Positions 36,033 through 38,053 of a DNA stretch of 38,053 nucleotides are shown here, piece after piece. A program made the position numbers and the translations under genes. Position 1 is the stretch's first letter, and each line of letters opens with the position of its first letter. A model generated the notes under the pieces. That model did no database searches. It saw only the letters and a program-made list of their open reading frames with translations, and had not been told where the DNA came from. Source of the stretch: a virus (taxonomy: Duplodnaviria; Caudoviricetes); IMG/VR virus record IMGVR_UViG_3300037424_001533, positions 1-38,053 of that record, one strand, 5' to 3'.

Positions 36033-36854
36033 TTACTTCTTTCCTTTCTTGGATGCAAACTTCGTTCCTTTGGTAACGGAAACCGGAGCAGCCTTTTTGA
36101 TTGGTGCCGGAGCGGCTTTTTTTACCAGTGCTGGATCCTTGCGAATGATAAGGTCTTCCCCACCATTGGCCTCAAGCAAGTCAATTTCTTCCTGACCGAG
36201 CGTGGGCAAAGCAAACGTACATCCACCTTCACGAAGACCCGCAATGATTGCTTCGTTTGTCATGTCCGTGGTCATACCCTCAAGTCCCTGAGACGCACAG
36301 AAATCAAGCAATGCCTGATTATCCGGAGCACTTTCGGCCAAGGCTTCTTGTTCGGCAGCGGTACTTTCTTCGGGAGTTTCTGCAGTTTCTTCGATCGTGG
36401 TTGGCGTTTCACCGTTAGGGAGATCATGAGCTTCACGAATGTAAATCCGCGTATTCATGTATCCCTGCTCGTTTTCTTTTGAACGGACTCGTGCCGTTAT
36501 ACTGGGACATCTTGTCGTAATGTCTTCGATGATTGCTTCAAGATCCACGATCTGTTCTGGCCATTGATAACCAAGATCATCAATGCGGGAATGACAAATA
36601 TTCATCCCGACCTTGTTATCTTCAATGATCGTTCTGTCCCATACCTGGCGGCCTTCGTATTCCCCATCGGCAACGACAAAACACCACGTTACCTGAAGAC
36701 GCTTCGGTTCTTTGTTCGTTTCGTCAAACGTTGCCTTGACTTTGAACAAGTAATCGTCGTCCGGGATTGGCGTAAAATTGCCACCGGGCTTATAATCCTG
36801 TGATGCCTCTTCCGCCTGTGCCTGCATTTTTGCAAGCCTTGCTTTGAAACTCAT
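36033..36854 (-). CDS. DUF669-like single-stranded DNA-binding protein
   Basis: FTPIPDDDY...V.DGEYEGRQVWD; RBS GGAGG before MSFKARL; follows the AAA ATPase. Confidence 0.7.
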   Translation of the reverse strand: MSFKARLAKMQAQAEEASQDYKPGGNFTPIPDDDYLFKVKATFDETNKEPKRLQVTWCFVVADGEYEGRQVWDRTIIEDNKVGMNICHSRIDDLGYQWPEQIVDLEAIIEDITTRCPSITARVRSKENEQGYMNTRIYIREAHDLPNGETPTTIEETAETPEESTAAEQEALAESAPDNQALLDFCASQGLEGMTTDMTNEAIIAGLREGGCTFALPTLGQEEIDLLEANGGEDLIIRKDPALVKKAAPAPIKKAAPVSVTKGTKFASKKGKK

Positions 36855-36864
36855 ACTTCCTCCT

Positions 36865-37158
36865 CTAAATAGGTTTAAGAAACATTGAATCAAATAAATA
36901 TTGCGTACCTTTTAAATAATCCTTTTTATAGTGATGACTTACATGTGCAATTATGCCTCCTTTGATATTTCTTTCTGTATGGGATAAGGTAAATGGTTCA
37001 TTTGATAAAACTGAAATCAAATATTGTGTCCCTTTTTTTTTAACAATTAAGAAAGTAATTTTATCAAAATATTTATATTCCAGGTACTTATGAAATTCTC
37101 CCGATTTCATAGGAAACCACTTTACTAATGTGTCAGGTAAAAGAGAACGACGAATCAT
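36865..37158 (-). CDS. Hypothetical protein
   Basis: ATGA overlap with the upstream gene. Confidence 0.55.
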   Translation of the reverse strand: MIRRSLLPDTLVKWFPMKSGEFHKYLEYKYFDKITFLIVKKKGTQYLISVLSNEPFTLSHTERNIKGGIIAHVSHHYKKDYLKGTQYLFDSMFLKPI

Positions 37159-38027
37159 GCTTTGTTCCTTTTTTTGGCATCCTTTCTAAGTTTTTCGTTG
37201 ACAGATACTTTTATGGCTTCCTGGACAAAAAGTTCGGTTTCCTTTTCAAAGGTATTAACCTGGTTATTGATAAAAGCTGCTTTAAGAAAACCAAAAGCCT
37301 GTTGAGCACTTGTTCCCATTGGGATAGCAAAAATCTGTTCTTCATCTTTTGTCAAAAAATGTTCATCAGACTGGACAGCTGTCCCGGCCATAGCATAATC
37401 AGATCCTTTGATAAGGAGAAATCGCTGGGATGCACGATAGTGATACCAGCATACGTTATCGATGACGGCACGATAATAAGAATCTGCTGCTTTGGGGAGA
37501 TTTGGAACTACCATATCAAATTTATTGCCCGTTCTGGTTTGATTTTCTTTAAGGTTCTCATGACAAAGCACAACGAGCCCGAGGTCGAGTGCCGCAATCC
37601 TATTATGAAAATTGCGGAATTCCGTGTCGATTTTTTTCCAGTCTTTGCCAAAGTTATCTTCCCTTGGATATTCAATATTATTTTCATCACATACCCAGGA
37701 AAAACACTTTTGATATGCTTCAAAACCGGTATCAATGACAATTGTTTTGTACTTCAGTGGTTTTGCTTTTTCCAGAAGTTTGAGATATTCCAGGGCATGT
37801 TTCCACGTTTTGCAATCTGCCTGATATGTTCGCAGTGCTTTCCCACCAGGTTCAAACATGAGAAACAATGCATCCGGAAACTGTGCTGCCAGAGAAGACT
37901 TTCCTATCTTCTTTGCACCGTAAATCAACCACGTGTAGTCACCCATATTTTCAGATGGGACGTTTTGAGAATCCGGTAAAGTCAAATTAAGGCTTCCTGA
38001 ATTCATTGCCTTTGTTAATTTACCCAT
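37155..38027 (-). CDS. AAA_24/Sak4-like ATPase (recombination)
   Basis: LIYGAKKIGKS Walker A, IVIDT Walker B, LCHE. Confidence 0.8.
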   Translation of the reverse strand: MGKLTKAMNSGSLNLTLPDSQNVPSENMGDYTWLIYGAKKIGKSSLAAQFPDALFLMFEPGGKALRTYQADCKTWKHALEYLKLLEKAKPLKYKTIVIDTGFEAYQKCFSWVCDENNIEYPREDNFGKDWKKIDTEFRNFHNRIAALDLGLVVLCHENLKENQTRTGNKFDMVVPNLPKAADSYYRAVIDNVCWYHYRASQRFLLIKGSDYAMAGTAVQSDEHFLTKDEEQIFAIPMGTSAQQAFGFLKAAFINNQVNTFEKETELFVQEAIKVSVNEKLRKDAKKRNKA

Positions 38028-38053
38028 TGGTATTGGTATTGATGCTTTTGGTA

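Noticed and set aside
37128-37979. 283-aa + strand ORF
   Set aside because: Antisense shadow of the AAA ATPase with no motifs. The same applies to other + strand ORFs over the leftward arm, such as 22580..23146 and 35991..36482.
1-38053. tRNA, rRNA, integrase, terminase or capsid genes
   Set aside because: None recognisable by eye. Head genes and any recombinase would have to lie outside the window.

Overview
Segment of a tailed dsDNA phage (siphovirus-like) or prophage with two converging arms. The + strand (1-18.8 kb) carries a glycosyltransferase/methyltransferase cluster, then tail completion, tail tube, a tail-chaperone pair joined by a -1 frameshift, tape measure, tail tip, a fibre-like protein, and a lysis module (M15 peptidase, holin-like genes) ending in a terminator. 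The - strand (23.3-38 kb) carries replication and DNA-modification genes: AAA ATPase, DUF669-like SSB, HNH/NUMOD3 endonuclease, family A DNA polymerase, primase-helicase, a ParB-SNF2-MTase fusion, ParB, a C5 MTase, a B12-type radical SAM enzyme and an orphan MTase C-terminal module. The main discovery lies between the arms (about 18970-23311). It is a visibly GC-richer array of ten single-gene units separated by nine attC-like imperfect palindromes (..AAC ... GTT..). The core box at the end of each unit is complementary to the box at the start of the same unit, which is the signature of integron gene cassettes. Each unit also has its own extended terminal inverted repeats, most ORFs read into the attC-like hairpin, and one unit holds a perfect 25-nt inverted copy of its own predicted excision junction. 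No integrase is visible in the window. All calls were made by eye from motifs and synteny; no database search was run.
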